Below, one piece after another: positions 10,165-18,496 of a DNA stretch of 64,000 nucleotides; position 1 is the stretch's first letter; each line of letters begins with the position of its first letter. A program made the translations under genes and the position numbers. A model generated the notes under the pieces. The model was not told the origin of the DNA. It searched no databases and saw only the letters and a list, made by a program, of their open reading frames with translations. The DNA is from Clostridia bacterium (lineage in GTDB: Bacteria > Bacillota > Clostridia > Oscillospirales > CAG-272). The stretch is taken from contig JAFQFR010000020.1 of NCBI GenBank assembly GCA_017398595.1, positions 9,196 through 73,195 of the forward strand. The letters are read 5' to 3'.

Positions 10165-11109
10165 TTAAAGTTTCTCTGCCACACGGAGCTTTGCACTTCT
10201 CGAGCGAGGATTGACCTGCAGCTCTTCATCGCTTGCCGTGATCGGCTTTTTACATACGGTTTTGATTTTCGGTTTATTGTTGCATATGCACACCGGAAAT
10301 TCCTTCGGGCAGGTGCATCCGGTCGCCAGCGTTGCAAATGTTTGTTTTACGATCCTATCCTCCAGCGAGTGGAAGGTGATGATCGCCAGCCTGCCGCCCA
10401 CGTTCATGTGGCAGACTGCCGCCTCGATCACGGGCGGAATGCCTGTCAGTTCGGCATTGACCTCAATGCGGATCGCTTGAAACGTACGTTTTGCGGGATG
10501 GTGGCCGCCTTCGCGCGCCGCTTTCGGCATCGAAGATTTGATCAGCTCCGAGAGCTGCAAGGTTGTTTCGATCGGCGCGTCGACACGCGCCTTTACAATG
10601 TTTGCCGCGATGTTCTTGGCAAACTTTTCTTCTCCGTATTCGTAAATGATGCGGCGAAGTTCTTCTTCGGAATATTCGTTGACGACTTCATATGCGCTGA
10701 GCGCGCTCGCTTGATCCATGCGCATGTCCAAACGCGCATCCTGCATATAGGAAAAGCCGCGTTCCGCCGTATCCAACTGATATGAAGAAACGCCGAGATC
10801 CAGCAAAACGCCGTCCACAGCATCGATCCCAAGATCGCGCAATACCGTGTCCAACTCCGAATAGTTACTGTGTACAAAGGTGATGCGCTCTGCATACGGC
10901 TCCAGCCGCTTTGCCGCAGCGGCAAGCGCGTCGGTATCGCGGTCAATGCAGATCAATCTGCCGCCGTCGGTCAGGCGCTTGACGATCTCGAGCGAATGTC
11001 CTCCGCCGCCCGTGGTACCGTCTACATAAATACCGTTCGGCTTAATATCCAGATTCTCGATGCATTCAGGCAGCAGCACCGAAACATGTGAAAACTTTAC
11101 TTCTTCCAT
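10165..11109 (-). CDS. rsmH: RsmH (MraW), 16S rRNA m4C1402 methyltransferase
   Basis: 314 aa with [22 protein letters not shown] and [10 protein letters not shown] motifs. Confidence 0.95.
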   Translation of the reverse strand: MEEVKFSHVSVLLPECIENLDIKPNGIYVDGTTGGGGHSLEIVKRLTDGGRLICIDRDTDALAAAAKRLEPYAERITFVHSNYSELDTVLRDLGIDAVDGVLLDLGVSSYQLDTAERGFSYMQDARLDMRMDQASALSAYEVVNEYSEEELRRIIYEYGEEKFAKNIAANIVKARVDAPIETTLQLSELIKSSMPKAAREGGHHPAKRTFQAIRIEVNAELTGIPPVIEAAVCHMNVGGRLAIITFHSLEDRIVKQTFATLATGCTCPKEFPVCICNNKPKIKTVCKKPITASDEELQVNPRSRSAKLRVAEKL

Positions 11110-11120
11110 GACTTACCACC

Positions 11121-11555
11121 TTAAAATCCGAGAGCGTTGAACGTCTCTGCAAGTGCCTCGTCGCTAAGCTCGGCTTCCAGTGCATCCCAGTTATCCTCGG
11201 ACCAGATCTCGGCATGGTTGCCCGCGCCGACGATCACCGCATTCTTTTGCAGTTCGGCAAGCTCGCAGAGCTTGGCGGGAATGATGACTCTTCCCTGTGC
11301 ATCGGGTGTTGCATATGTCGTTTTGGAAAACACCTTGCGGGCGATACGCTTTGTATCCGCGGGGACGCCGTTTAAGAGCTTGTCCGTATAGCGGATCCAT
11401 TCTTCCTCGGAAAACAGAAGAAGGCATTTTTCGTTGATGCGGGAAATCGCAAAATTCTCACCGAGCAGTTCGCGGAACTTTGCAGGAATGAATAAACGGT
11501 TCTTGGCATCGAGCGAATGACGGTATTCACCGACAAACGTTTGCTTGCTTTCCAT
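11121..11555 (-). CDS. mraZ: MraZ transcriptional regulator
   Basis: 144 aa with two MraZ repeats (DAKNRLFIPAKFRE and DAQGRVIIPAKLCE). First gene of the dcw cluster. Confidence 0.95.
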   Translation of the reverse strand: MESKQTFVGEYRHSLDAKNRLFIPAKFRELLGENFAISRINEKCLLLFSEEEWIRYTDKLLNGVPADTKRIARKVFSKTTYATPDAQGRVIIPAKLCELAELQKNAVIVGAGNHAEIWSEDNWDALEAELSDEALAETFNALGF

Positions 11556-11597
11556 GCCGTTTATCCCCCTTTTTCCAACACTTTGATGAGAAAATTA

Positions 11598-11612
11598 CCC
11601 ACTTTTCCCCAC
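11598..11612 (-). promoter_or_regulatory. Two GTGGG (MraZ-box-like) direct repeats at 10-bp spacing in the mraZ leader
   Basis: The plus strand reads CCCACttttcCCCAC (11598-11602 and 11608-11612), which is GTGGGgaaaaGTGGG on the gene strand, just downstream of the candidate -10. A weaker GTGTT lies at 11577-11581. Confidence 0.45.
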
Positions 11613-11622
11613 CTATGCTTTT

Positions 11623-11651
11623 ATTATAAAGGAATCCTTTCCAAAATGCAA
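11623..11651 (-). promoter_or_regulatory. Candidate sigma-A promoter of the mraZ/dcw operon
   Basis: The minus strand reads TTGCAT (11651-11646), a 17-nt spacer, then TATAAT (11628-11623). Confidence 0.5.
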
Positions 11652-11692
11652 TACCTTTTTCTGAAAAAACCGAATTTTCTGTACTATAATAT

Positions 11693-11720
11693 AAAAGAGG
11701 TGGCGTTTGCCACCTCTTTT
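11693..11720. terminator. Hairpin terminator (bidirectional appearance)
   Basis: aaaagaggtggc-gttt-gccacctctttt, flanked by an A run and a T run. Confidence 0.6.
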
Positions 11721-11758
11721 GCAGGGAAACTCCCCCACCCAAGCGTTATTGCAAAGAA

Positions 11759-11793
11759 AAAACGCATCTTTTTCAAACAAAAAGATGCGTTTT
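11759..11793 (-). terminator. Rho-independent terminator after the acyltransferase gene
   Basis: aaacgcatcttttt-caaac-aaaaagatgcgttt. On the minus strand the stem is followed by a T run (plus-strand gaaaaaa at 11755-11760). Confidence 0.7.
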
Positions 11794-11797
11794 GTTT

Positions 11798-12952
11798 TTA
11801 CAGGTCCTCCACTTTCCCACACGTCAGCCGATCGTACCCTTTCATAAGCACTTTTGCGATCGGTTGCAAGCAAAGGCGCAGGACGATCGCCGAGCCAAAA
11901 GAGCACACAAATACCAATATCACCGTAAAGGCGAGCGGGAGCCGCAAATGCAATTCGATCACATTGTAAATCAGATTGTCCCACAAATACGAAAGCAAAT
12001 ACATTTCAAACGAGCACTGTGCGATCTGCTCCAGTGTTTTTTGCAAAAATCTCCCCTGTATATCCCCATCATAAAGTGCAAGAAATACCGCGAGCGCCGT
12101 TATACACGACGTAAGCGTTTGGAACCCGTTGCACACATACCACGCATACTGTCCGCGCAGATGCGTATATAGCAAGACCAAACCGCACGGCAGCAGCGGC
12201 GCACAAAGCGCAAGCAGCTTTTTGCCGCCGCGCAGCTTCGGTTGAAACTCCGCAATATAACAGCCCATAAAATAATACGTCACGGGATACAGCGTCTTGA
12301 AAAAATCCGGAAAAATATCCCACGTCACATCCGACGCGCCGCTGTAATACGGCGAAAGCCCCGCAGCCGTATCCGGCAGCACCGTGAGTAGGATCAGCGA
12401 AAGCAGCAAAATATGCTTGCCTCTGCGGGTATGAATGCCATGATAGATCATGTTCAAGAACGGTATCAGCAAAAAAAGACCGATATACATCTCAAAATAC
12501 CATGCATACGGATTTGCAGAAAAGTTCAAGAGGCTGTACACTGCACCGCCGAAACCGGACACCGCGTCGGTTTTATATCCATAGATCGCATACGCCGCCA
12601 CGCAAAGTATACTGATCACGATATACGAAAGATACAGCGGAATGATACCCCGATAATATGCCGCGCAGAATTTTTTCCGATTCTGCAGGTAGCCGCTAAG
12701 CATCAAAAAAAGCGGCACACAAGCAAACGAAAGCTGACGTAGATAGAGTGCAAGCACCCACATCGGCGACGCCGCATTTTCTATACATTCGGAAAGAGAA
12801 ATCGAATGCAGGATCACCACAAAAAGGATCGCCGCCGTGCGCACCGCGTCTATTCCATGCAGTCTGTTTTTCACCTTTTTCGCAGCCATCCTTTCGTCAA
12901 ACTCAGTACTCTCAGTATACCGCGTTTTTCGGAAAATGTAAACATCCATCAC
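11798..12952 (-). CDS. Acyltransferase family 3 (membrane O-acyltransferase)
   Basis: 384-aa polytopic ORF. The N-terminal LHGIDAVRTAAILFVVILHS is typical of Acyltransferase_3. The true start may be the internal MAAKK at 12889. Confidence 0.8.
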   Translation of the reverse strand: MMDVYIFRKTRYTESTEFDERMAAKKVKNRLHGIDAVRTAAILFVVILHSISLSECIENAASPMWVLALYLRQLSFACVPLFLMLSGYLQNRKKFCAAYYRGIIPLYLSYIVISILCVAAYAIYGYKTDAVSGFGGAVYSLLNFSANPYAWYFEMYIGLFLLIPFLNMIYHGIHTRRGKHILLLSLILLTVLPDTAAGLSPYYSGASDVTWDIFPDFFKTLYPVTYYFMGCYIAEFQPKLRGGKKLLALCAPLLPCGLVLLYTHLRGQYAWYVCNGFQTLTSCITALAVFLALYDGDIQGRFLQKTLEQIAQCSFEMYLLSYLWDNLIYNVIELHLRLPLAFTVILVFVCSFGSAIVLRLCLQPIAKVLMKGYDRLTCGKVEDL

Positions 12953-12975
12953 GAAATCTTAACATTTTTCGATAA

Positions 12976-13007
12976 AAAAGCACTGCATGAGCTCATGCAG
13001 TGCTTTT
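12976..13007 (-). terminator. Terminator after stalked protein A
   Basis: Perfect palindrome aaaagcactgcatgagctcatgcagtgctttt. Confidence 0.7.
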
Positions 13008-13022
13008 GAAATTACGTTTTAA

Positions 13023-14996
13023 TTAGTTCTTCTTTTTCTTAAGAACAACTACAACGATTGCAGCTACTACAACAACTGCGATCACGATACCAACGATCAG
13101 ACCGACATTTGCGCCGTCATCCGTCGGGGTGGTAGCAGGAGCAGCAGTGGTTACTGCGGGAGCATCCGTAGTTGCAGGAGCATCCTCGGTTGCAACAGGA
13201 GCAACAGTGGTCTCTGCGGGAGCAACGGTAGTCTCTGCAGGAGCTACAGTAGTAACAGCTGCAGGAGCATCGGTGGTCGTCGCAGGAGCAGCAGTGGTAA
13301 CTGCCGCATCAGCAGTAGTCGTTGCAGGAGCAGTCGTAGCAACAGGCTCTACAGAGGGAGCTGCCGTGGTAACTGCGGGAGCATCCGTAACAACGGGAGC
13401 ATCGGTAACTACAGGAGCATCCGTAACTACGGGAGCATCCGTAACTACGGGAGCCTCGGTAACAGCAGGAACCTCGATTGCGCCTACGATCTCAGCGTTA
13501 GGATGGTAACCTGCGTTCAAGAGAACTGCCTCTTCGCCGTATACGGTAACCTTGAGGTTATCCCAGTAAGCGGTATCGAGGTTAACCTGTGCATCCATAG
13601 CTACGCGCATACGGAAACCGAAAGAACCTTCGTACCACTCGGAAATAACCTGGGTATCCGTCCAAATAACTTCATCGCTGCCTACTGCGGTAGCAGTGGT
13701 AGTGAACGTACCGTCACCGGGATAGGTAACCTTGATGTGGTAATTTCCACCGGGATTGATCACAGGCTCGCCTACAACCAGGTTTCCGCCCCAGTTGCCT
13801 TCCCAGTTACCATAACCTACTGCAAACTTGGTAGCATCGTTGGCAATAAAGGAAGTATAGCCGTAGAAAGAGTTAGAATTCGGACGGCTTGCTGCCTGAG
13901 ACAGGTCTGCATGCGTAAGAATACCTGCAGAAGTCTGTACATTGTAGATGTCTGCCTCAACGGTATAGTTCTTCAGCAGATTTGCATCATGGTTAGCCGA
14001 GTACAGAATGAAGGAGAAGTTAGAGGTTGCATCGAAACCGGAAGTCAGCGCGCTGTAGTACAGACCGCCGTTCTTGATGGTCCACTCACCGCGATACTGG
14101 GTGAAATCGCTGATGGTTGCGGGATCCGAGAAGTCATTCGAATAGAATACATACTCGCTCTTGCTTGCATCCAGCTTGGAGGACTCAACCTTAACAACCT
14201 CGGGAACGGTTACTTCGATCGCATCGGTATGTGCAACAACAACAGCGTTGTTCTCAACACCGGAATTGTAATCTGCAAGAGACTTGCCTGCTGCGAGCCA
14301 ATCGCCGACTTCGCCGATAGCGGTAACCTTCAGGTTATCAAAGCCGACAGCACCCATGTTGATCAAACCGGAGTTCATACCAACCATACGGAAACCGAAA
14401 GAACCAAGTGCCCACTCGTCATTCTCCATTGTATAGTTGAAAAGCTCTACACCGGTATCCTTATCAGTTACAATGTATGTAAGATTTTTGCCTTCTACTT
14501 TGCAGTAGAGGTGCAGGTTTGCACCGGGAGCAGTTACATCCGTACCAACATGCAGGTTACCCTTCCAGCCGTCGGAAGCATCTGCACGACCGATTGCAGG
14601 CTTGCTGCCGGTGAAGCTGAGGAACATCTGATAACCATAGAATGCATTGGACGTAGAGTTGTTCGCCTTGGTAATATCGCAGCGAAGCAGAGGACCGCCC
14701 TGCGACTGGACATTCATCATATCTACTTCCAGGATATAGTCAGTGAGGTTCATAACGCCCTGATCCTTGGTGTAGAGCAAGAAGAACTGCTGCGCAAAGT
14801 CCAGATCACCGACATCGGTCAGCATCAGCTGTCCGTCAACGATGCCCCATACGCCGCGGTACTGGGTGAAGTCTGCAAGAGTGTTTGCATCCGAAAAATC
14901 ATTTTCGTAGTAAACATACTCCGCAGCGTTCGCAGTCATAACCATGCCGAAAACGAGCAGAATGGTTGCAACTGCAATTGCCAAAAGTTTTCTCAT
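13023..14996 (-). CDS. Secreted, membrane-tethered protein A: signal peptide, two concanavalin-A/DUF1080-like lectin-fold domains, T/A/P/V-rich stalk, C-terminal TM helix and KKKKN
   Basis: 657 aa. Signal peptide MRKLLAIAVATILLVFGMVMTANA. The module EYV(Y/F)Y.NDFSD...FTQYRG.W.I..G.L is internally duplicated. Stalk contains APVVTD x4-5. Tail is DDGANVGLIVGIVIAVVVVAAIVVVVLKKKKN. GGAGG RBS present. Confidence 0.85.
   Translation of the reverse strand: MRKLLAIAVATILLVFGMVMTANAAEYVYYENDFSDANTLADFTQYRGVWGIVDGQLMLTDVGDLDFAQQFFLLYTKDQGVMNLTDYILEVDMMNVQSQGGPLLRCDITKANNSTSNAFYGYQMFLSFTGSKPAIGRADASDGWKGNLHVGTDVTAPGANLHLYCKVEGKNLTYIVTDKDTGVELFNYTMENDEWALGSFGFRMVGMNSGLINMGAVGFDNLKVTAIGEVGDWLAAGKSLADYNSGVENNAVVVAHTDAIEVTVPEVVKVESSKLDASKSEYVFYSNDFSDPATISDFTQYRGEWTIKNGGLYYSALTSGFDATSNFSFILYSANHDANLLKNYTVEADIYNVQTSAGILTHADLSQAASRPNSNSFYGYTSFIANDATKFAVGYGNWEGNWGGNLVVGEPVINPGGNYHIKVTYPGDGTFTTTATAVGSDEVIWTDTQVISEWYEGSFGFRMRVAMDAQVNLDTAYWDNLKVTVYGEEAVLLNAGYHPNAEIVGAIEVPAVTEAPVVTDAPVVTDAPVVTDAPVVTDAPAVTTAAPSVEPVATTAPATTTADAAVTTAAPATTTDAPAAVTTVAPAETTVAPAETTVAPVATEDAPATTDAPAVTTAAPATTPTDDGANVGLIVGIVIAVVVVAAIVVVVLKKKKN
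13376..13466. repeat. In-frame 18-bp tandem repeat (about 5 units) encoding APVVTD in the stalk of protein A
   Basis: gggagcatccgtaactac-type units read directly. The peptide is VTEAPVVTDAPVVTDAPVVTDAPVVTDAPAVT. Confidence 0.85.
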
Positions 14997-15168
14997 TTGT
15001 ACATACCTCCGTATATATTGAATATATTACAAATTCACTATACACTATTTTGTGGTTAAAGTAAATACAGAAAGTAAATATTCCATTCAAAAAAAATAAA
15101 TATCCGAGCAATTTTTTTGCATAATTTGTACATTCTGTATATTTTTTCATGTTTGATTTAAACAAAAG

Positions 15169-15203
15169 GAACAAGGACTATATACTTTTATATAGTCCTT
15201 GTT
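15169..15203 (-). terminator. Terminator after stalked protein B
   Basis: aacaaggactatata-ctttt-atatagtccttgtt. Confidence 0.65.
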
Positions 15204-15216
15204 GCATAAATTGAAG

Positions 15217-17166
15217 TTAATTCTTCTTTTTGAAAATCACTGCAGCAATTCCGACAACCGCAACCACTGCAATAACAATGCCAACGATCAAAACAACATT
15301 GGCGCCGCCTTCCACTTGTGTAGTCGCAGGAGCAACAGTTGTGGCAGGTGTATCTGTTACCGCAGGCGCTGCAGCCGTCTCGGAAGCAGTCGTTGTTTCT
15401 GCTGAAGCAGCCGTCGTAACTACGGGCGCTGCAGTAGTCTCCGCAGGGGCTGCGGTCGTCTCGGGAACAGCAGAAGTCTCTGCCGGAGCAGCTGTGGTCA
15501 CTGCGGGAACCGTACCGGTCGCAGCAGTGACTGCCGTGGTAACTGCGGGCGCTGCGGTGGTCGCAGCAGTCGTCTCTGCGGGTGCTGTAGTAGTCTCTGC
15601 CGGAGCCGCGGTCGTCTCTGTGGGAGCGACGGTAACGGCAGGAATGCTGATCTCCCCTACGATCTCTGCGTTGGGATGATAGCCTGCATTCAAGAGAACT
15701 GCCTCTTCACCATATACCGTAACCTTGAGATTGTCAAAACCGGTATTATCCAGCGAAACCAGGCTGTCCATAGCCGCACGCATGCGGAAGCCGAAAGAAC
15801 CGGTGGGCCATTCTGCGGTGACCTGCGTATCCGTCCAGATCACATCGTTACTGCCGACAGCAGTGATCGTATAGATCATCATACCGTCTGCACACTCAAC
15901 TTTAAGATGATAGTCTCCGCCGGGATTCAGAAGAGGTTCGCCGACTGTCAAGCTACCTCCCCAGCCGCCTTGCCAATCACAATAACCGGTCGCACCCTTG
16001 GTGCCGTCATTGGAAATGAAAGAAAGATATCCATAGAAAGAGGTCGCGGTGTCACTGTCTGCCTGCGACAGATCAGCGTGCGTGATCACGCCGGATGCCG
16101 TCTGCGAATTGTGAACATCGACTTCCAACGTGTAATTCTGCAACAGATTTGCATCGTGATTTCCGGAATACAGAATAAAAGTGAAGTTGCCGGTCTCTTC
16201 AAAGCCGGTCGTCTTCGCGCTGTAATACAGGCGTCCGTCCTTGATCGTCCATTCGCCGCGATACTGCGTAAAATCCGCGATCGTAGCAGGATCCGAGAAA
16301 TCATTCTCGTAGAATACATATTCCGTCTTGGTTGCGTCCAGCTTGGAAGCTTCCACCTTTACGACCTCGGGAACAGTTACTTCGATCGCCTCGGTAACCT
16401 TGGGAACGATAACATTCGAGGCAACGCCGGGCTTGTAATCCGCAAGAGACTTACCGGCTGCAAGCCAATCGCCGACTTCACCGATAGCAGTGATCTTGAG
16501 ATTGTCAAAGCCGAGAACACCAAGGTTGATCAAGCCGGATTGCATGATCGCAGCACGGAAACCAAACGAGCCGTACGCCCACTCATCATTGTCGAGCTCG
16601 ATCGTGTACAGCTCACTGCCGGTATTCAGATCGGACATTATATATGTAATATGGGTTCCCTCATAGGTTACCTTGAGATGCAGGTTGGCACCGGGATTGG
16701 TCACTGCGGGGCTGACGTGCAAATTTCCCGCATATGCACCAAGACCGTTGCCGCGACCGAACGCACTCTTAGTACCGTTGTTGCTGAGAAATGCTATGTA
16801 GCCGTACCAGCCGTTCTCCGTTTCCGCCTGCGCCTGCGTGATATCGCAACGAGACATCAGACACGCTGCAGATTGTGTATTCATCAGATCCACTTCTGCA
16901 ATATAGTCGGTCAGATTCATAACAGCAGGATCCGCAGTGTACAGCATGAACGCAAATTTACTCAGGTCTTCAACATCGCCCGGTCCAACCAGCATTAACT
17001 GTCCGTCAATAATATCCCATTCGCCGCGATACTGCGTAAAATCGGAAAGTGTCTTCGGATCCGAGAAGTCGTTTTCGTAATATACATACTCTGCCGCACC
17101 CACGGTCATAGCCATGCCGCATACGAGCAGGATCGATGCAATTACGATGGTCAAAATTTTTTTCAT
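15217..17166 (-). CDS. Secreted, membrane-tethered protein B (paralog of A)
   Basis: I trimmed the start to ATG 17166 (MKKILTIVIASILLVCGMAMTVGA, GGAGGT RBS). The two-domain architecture matches A, with shared blocks ITAIGEVGDWLAAGKSLADY and VTVYGEEAVLLNAGYHPNAEIVG. Tail is VEGGANVVLIVGIVIAVVAVVGIAAVIFKKKN. Confidence 0.85.
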   Translation of the reverse strand: MKKILTIVIASILLVCGMAMTVGAAEYVYYENDFSDPKTLSDFTQYRGEWDIIDGQLMLVGPGDVEDLSKFAFMLYTADPAVMNLTDYIAEVDLMNTQSAACLMSRCDITQAQAETENGWYGYIAFLSNNGTKSAFGRGNGLGAYAGNLHVSPAVTNPGANLHLKVTYEGTHITYIMSDLNTGSELYTIELDNDEWAYGSFGFRAAIMQSGLINLGVLGFDNLKITAIGEVGDWLAAGKSLADYKPGVASNVIVPKVTEAIEVTVPEVVKVEASKLDATKTEYVFYENDFSDPATIADFTQYRGEWTIKDGRLYYSAKTTGFEETGNFTFILYSGNHDANLLQNYTLEVDVHNSQTASGVITHADLSQADSDTATSFYGYLSFISNDGTKGATGYCDWQGGWGGSLTVGEPLLNPGGDYHLKVECADGMMIYTITAVGSNDVIWTDTQVTAEWPTGSFGFRMRAAMDSLVSLDNTGFDNLKVTVYGEEAVLLNAGYHPNAEIVGEISIPAVTVAPTETTAAPAETTTAPAETTAATTAAPAVTTAVTAATGTVPAVTTAAPAETSAVPETTAAPAETTAAPVVTTAASAETTTASETAAAPAVTDTPATTVAPATTQVEGGANVVLIVGIVIAVVAVVGIAAVIFKKKN

Positions 17167-17412
17167 AGTGCATACCTCCGTAGAAATCAAATTATCCGGT
17201 AACCGCGAGGAACTTATCCATCGCTCAACATAAATATACACCATTCGCGTCTTAAATTGAATACAAAAAATCAAGATGTTTGTTCAAAAACAACACATCT
17301 ATTCGTATAAATCAAATGTATTTGTTCATCTCGCGCAAAACAAATACGTTTAAAAAGAAAGAGAGCCGAACGCGATCACCGTCAAAACGCGATGCATTCG
17401 ACTCTCATAAAG

Positions 17413-17904
17413 CTATCCCTGCCGCCGCTCCAAAAAAGATCGCGCGAGCTGCAATGCCGCAGGCGGCATCATCTCCTCCGCGCCCGTCCCTGCCGCAAGG
17501 CAACGACGCACAGCAGTGGAACTCACCGTATGGTATTCGGGTTTGGCAAACAGCAGTACGGTATCCAGACCGCAAAGCGAAAAATTTGTATCCGCCATCG
17601 TCTGCTCGTAGGTAACATCCGCGCCGCCACGAATACCGCGCACAAACGCATCGGCACCGCGGACCTTGGCAAAATCTGCAACATAACCATCGCAAGTTTC
17701 TACGGTGACATTCAAAATGTCGGCGAGCGCCGCCTTTGCGATCTCCGCACGCTCATCCGCCGAAAACATGTACTGCTTCTCCGCGTTCTGCGCCACCAAA
17801 ACGATCACTTGGTCAAAGAGTGCTGCCGCGCGGCGCGCGATATCGACATGCCCGTTTGTGATCGGATCAAAGCTCCCTGTCACCAGTGCCATTTTATGTT
17901 TCAT
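17413..17904 (-). CDS. coaD: Phosphopantetheine adenylyltransferase CoaD
   Basis: 163 aa with VTGSFDPITNGHVDI. Overlaps the end of rsmD. Confidence 0.9.
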   Translation of the reverse strand: MKHKMALVTGSFDPITNGHVDIARRAAALFDQVIVLVAQNAEKQYMFSADERAEIAKAALADILNVTVETCDGYVADFAKVRGADAFVRGIRGGADVTYEQTMADTNFSLCGLDTVLLFAKPEYHTVSSTAVRRCLAAGTGAEEMMPPAALQLARSFLERRQG

Positions 17905-18496
17905 CTTCTGCCTCGTTCTTTACAAAATAGTTTTCGGAGGGCGTCAGCAACTCGATATGCACTCTGCCGTAACCGTTTTGCCGTACGGAGGTATACATCT
18001 CTGCCAGTTTCGGTTCCTTTTCAAAGATGCGCGCATCCTCGTTTTCGCTTTCGCAGACCAACAGGCAACCGCGCTTCATCAGATTCGTGCGCGACAGGCG
18101 CAGCAGTGCATCGATGAGCGCGCCCGAAGCATAGGGCGGATCCAAAAAGATAATGTCAAATCCCTCGCGCCCCGCGGACTTACGCAAAAAGCTGCGATAA
18201 TCCGTGATCAAAGTCTTCGTCTGCTCGGTAAAGCGCGTTTTCTCGATATTTTTGCGCACAATGCCGATCGCATCCGCCGAGGCATCCGTAAACATGCAAT
18301 ATGCCGCACCGCGGCTGATCGCCTCCAGCCCGAGCTGTCCCGATCCCGCGAAAAGATCCAGCACGCGGCGCCCCTCGATCTCAAACTGTATCATGGAAAA
18401 GAGCGCTTCTTTTGCACGTTCCGAAGTCGGACGCGTAGCGTCCCCCTCCAGCGTAAACAGCTTTGTGCCCTTGGCAGTACCTGTGATAATTCTCAT
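17894..18496 (-). CDS. rsmD: RsmD, 16S rRNA m2G966 methyltransferase
   Basis: Start trimmed to ATG 18496 (MRIITGTAKG). Motifs RPTSERAKEALFSMI, LDLFAGSGQLGLEA and IIFLDPPY. ATGA overlap with the uvrC stop. Confidence 0.9.
   Translation of the reverse strand: MRIITGTAKGTKLFTLEGDATRPTSERAKEALFSMIQFEIEGRRVLDLFAGSGQLGLEAISRGAAYCMFTDASADAIGIVRKNIEKTRFTEQTKTLITDYRSFLRKSAGREGFDIIFLDPPYASGALIDALLRLSRTNLMKRGCLLVCESENEDARIFEKEPKLAEMYTSVRQNGYGRVHIELLTPSENYFVKNEAEDET

Noticed and set aside
13129-13509. Regular short repeats in the stalk regions (13129-13509, 15230-15679, 41950-42294, 44640-44978) were considered as a possible CRISPR array or minisatellite.
   Set aside because: The repeats are contiguous with no unique spacers, lie in frame inside long ORFs, and encode T/A/P/V linkers. 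No cas genes are present.
13023-17166. A diversity-generating retroelement acting on the paralogous lectin-fold genes.
   Set aside because: No reverse-transcriptase ORF and no obvious template/variable repeat pair exists. Differences between the paralogs are spread over whole genes.
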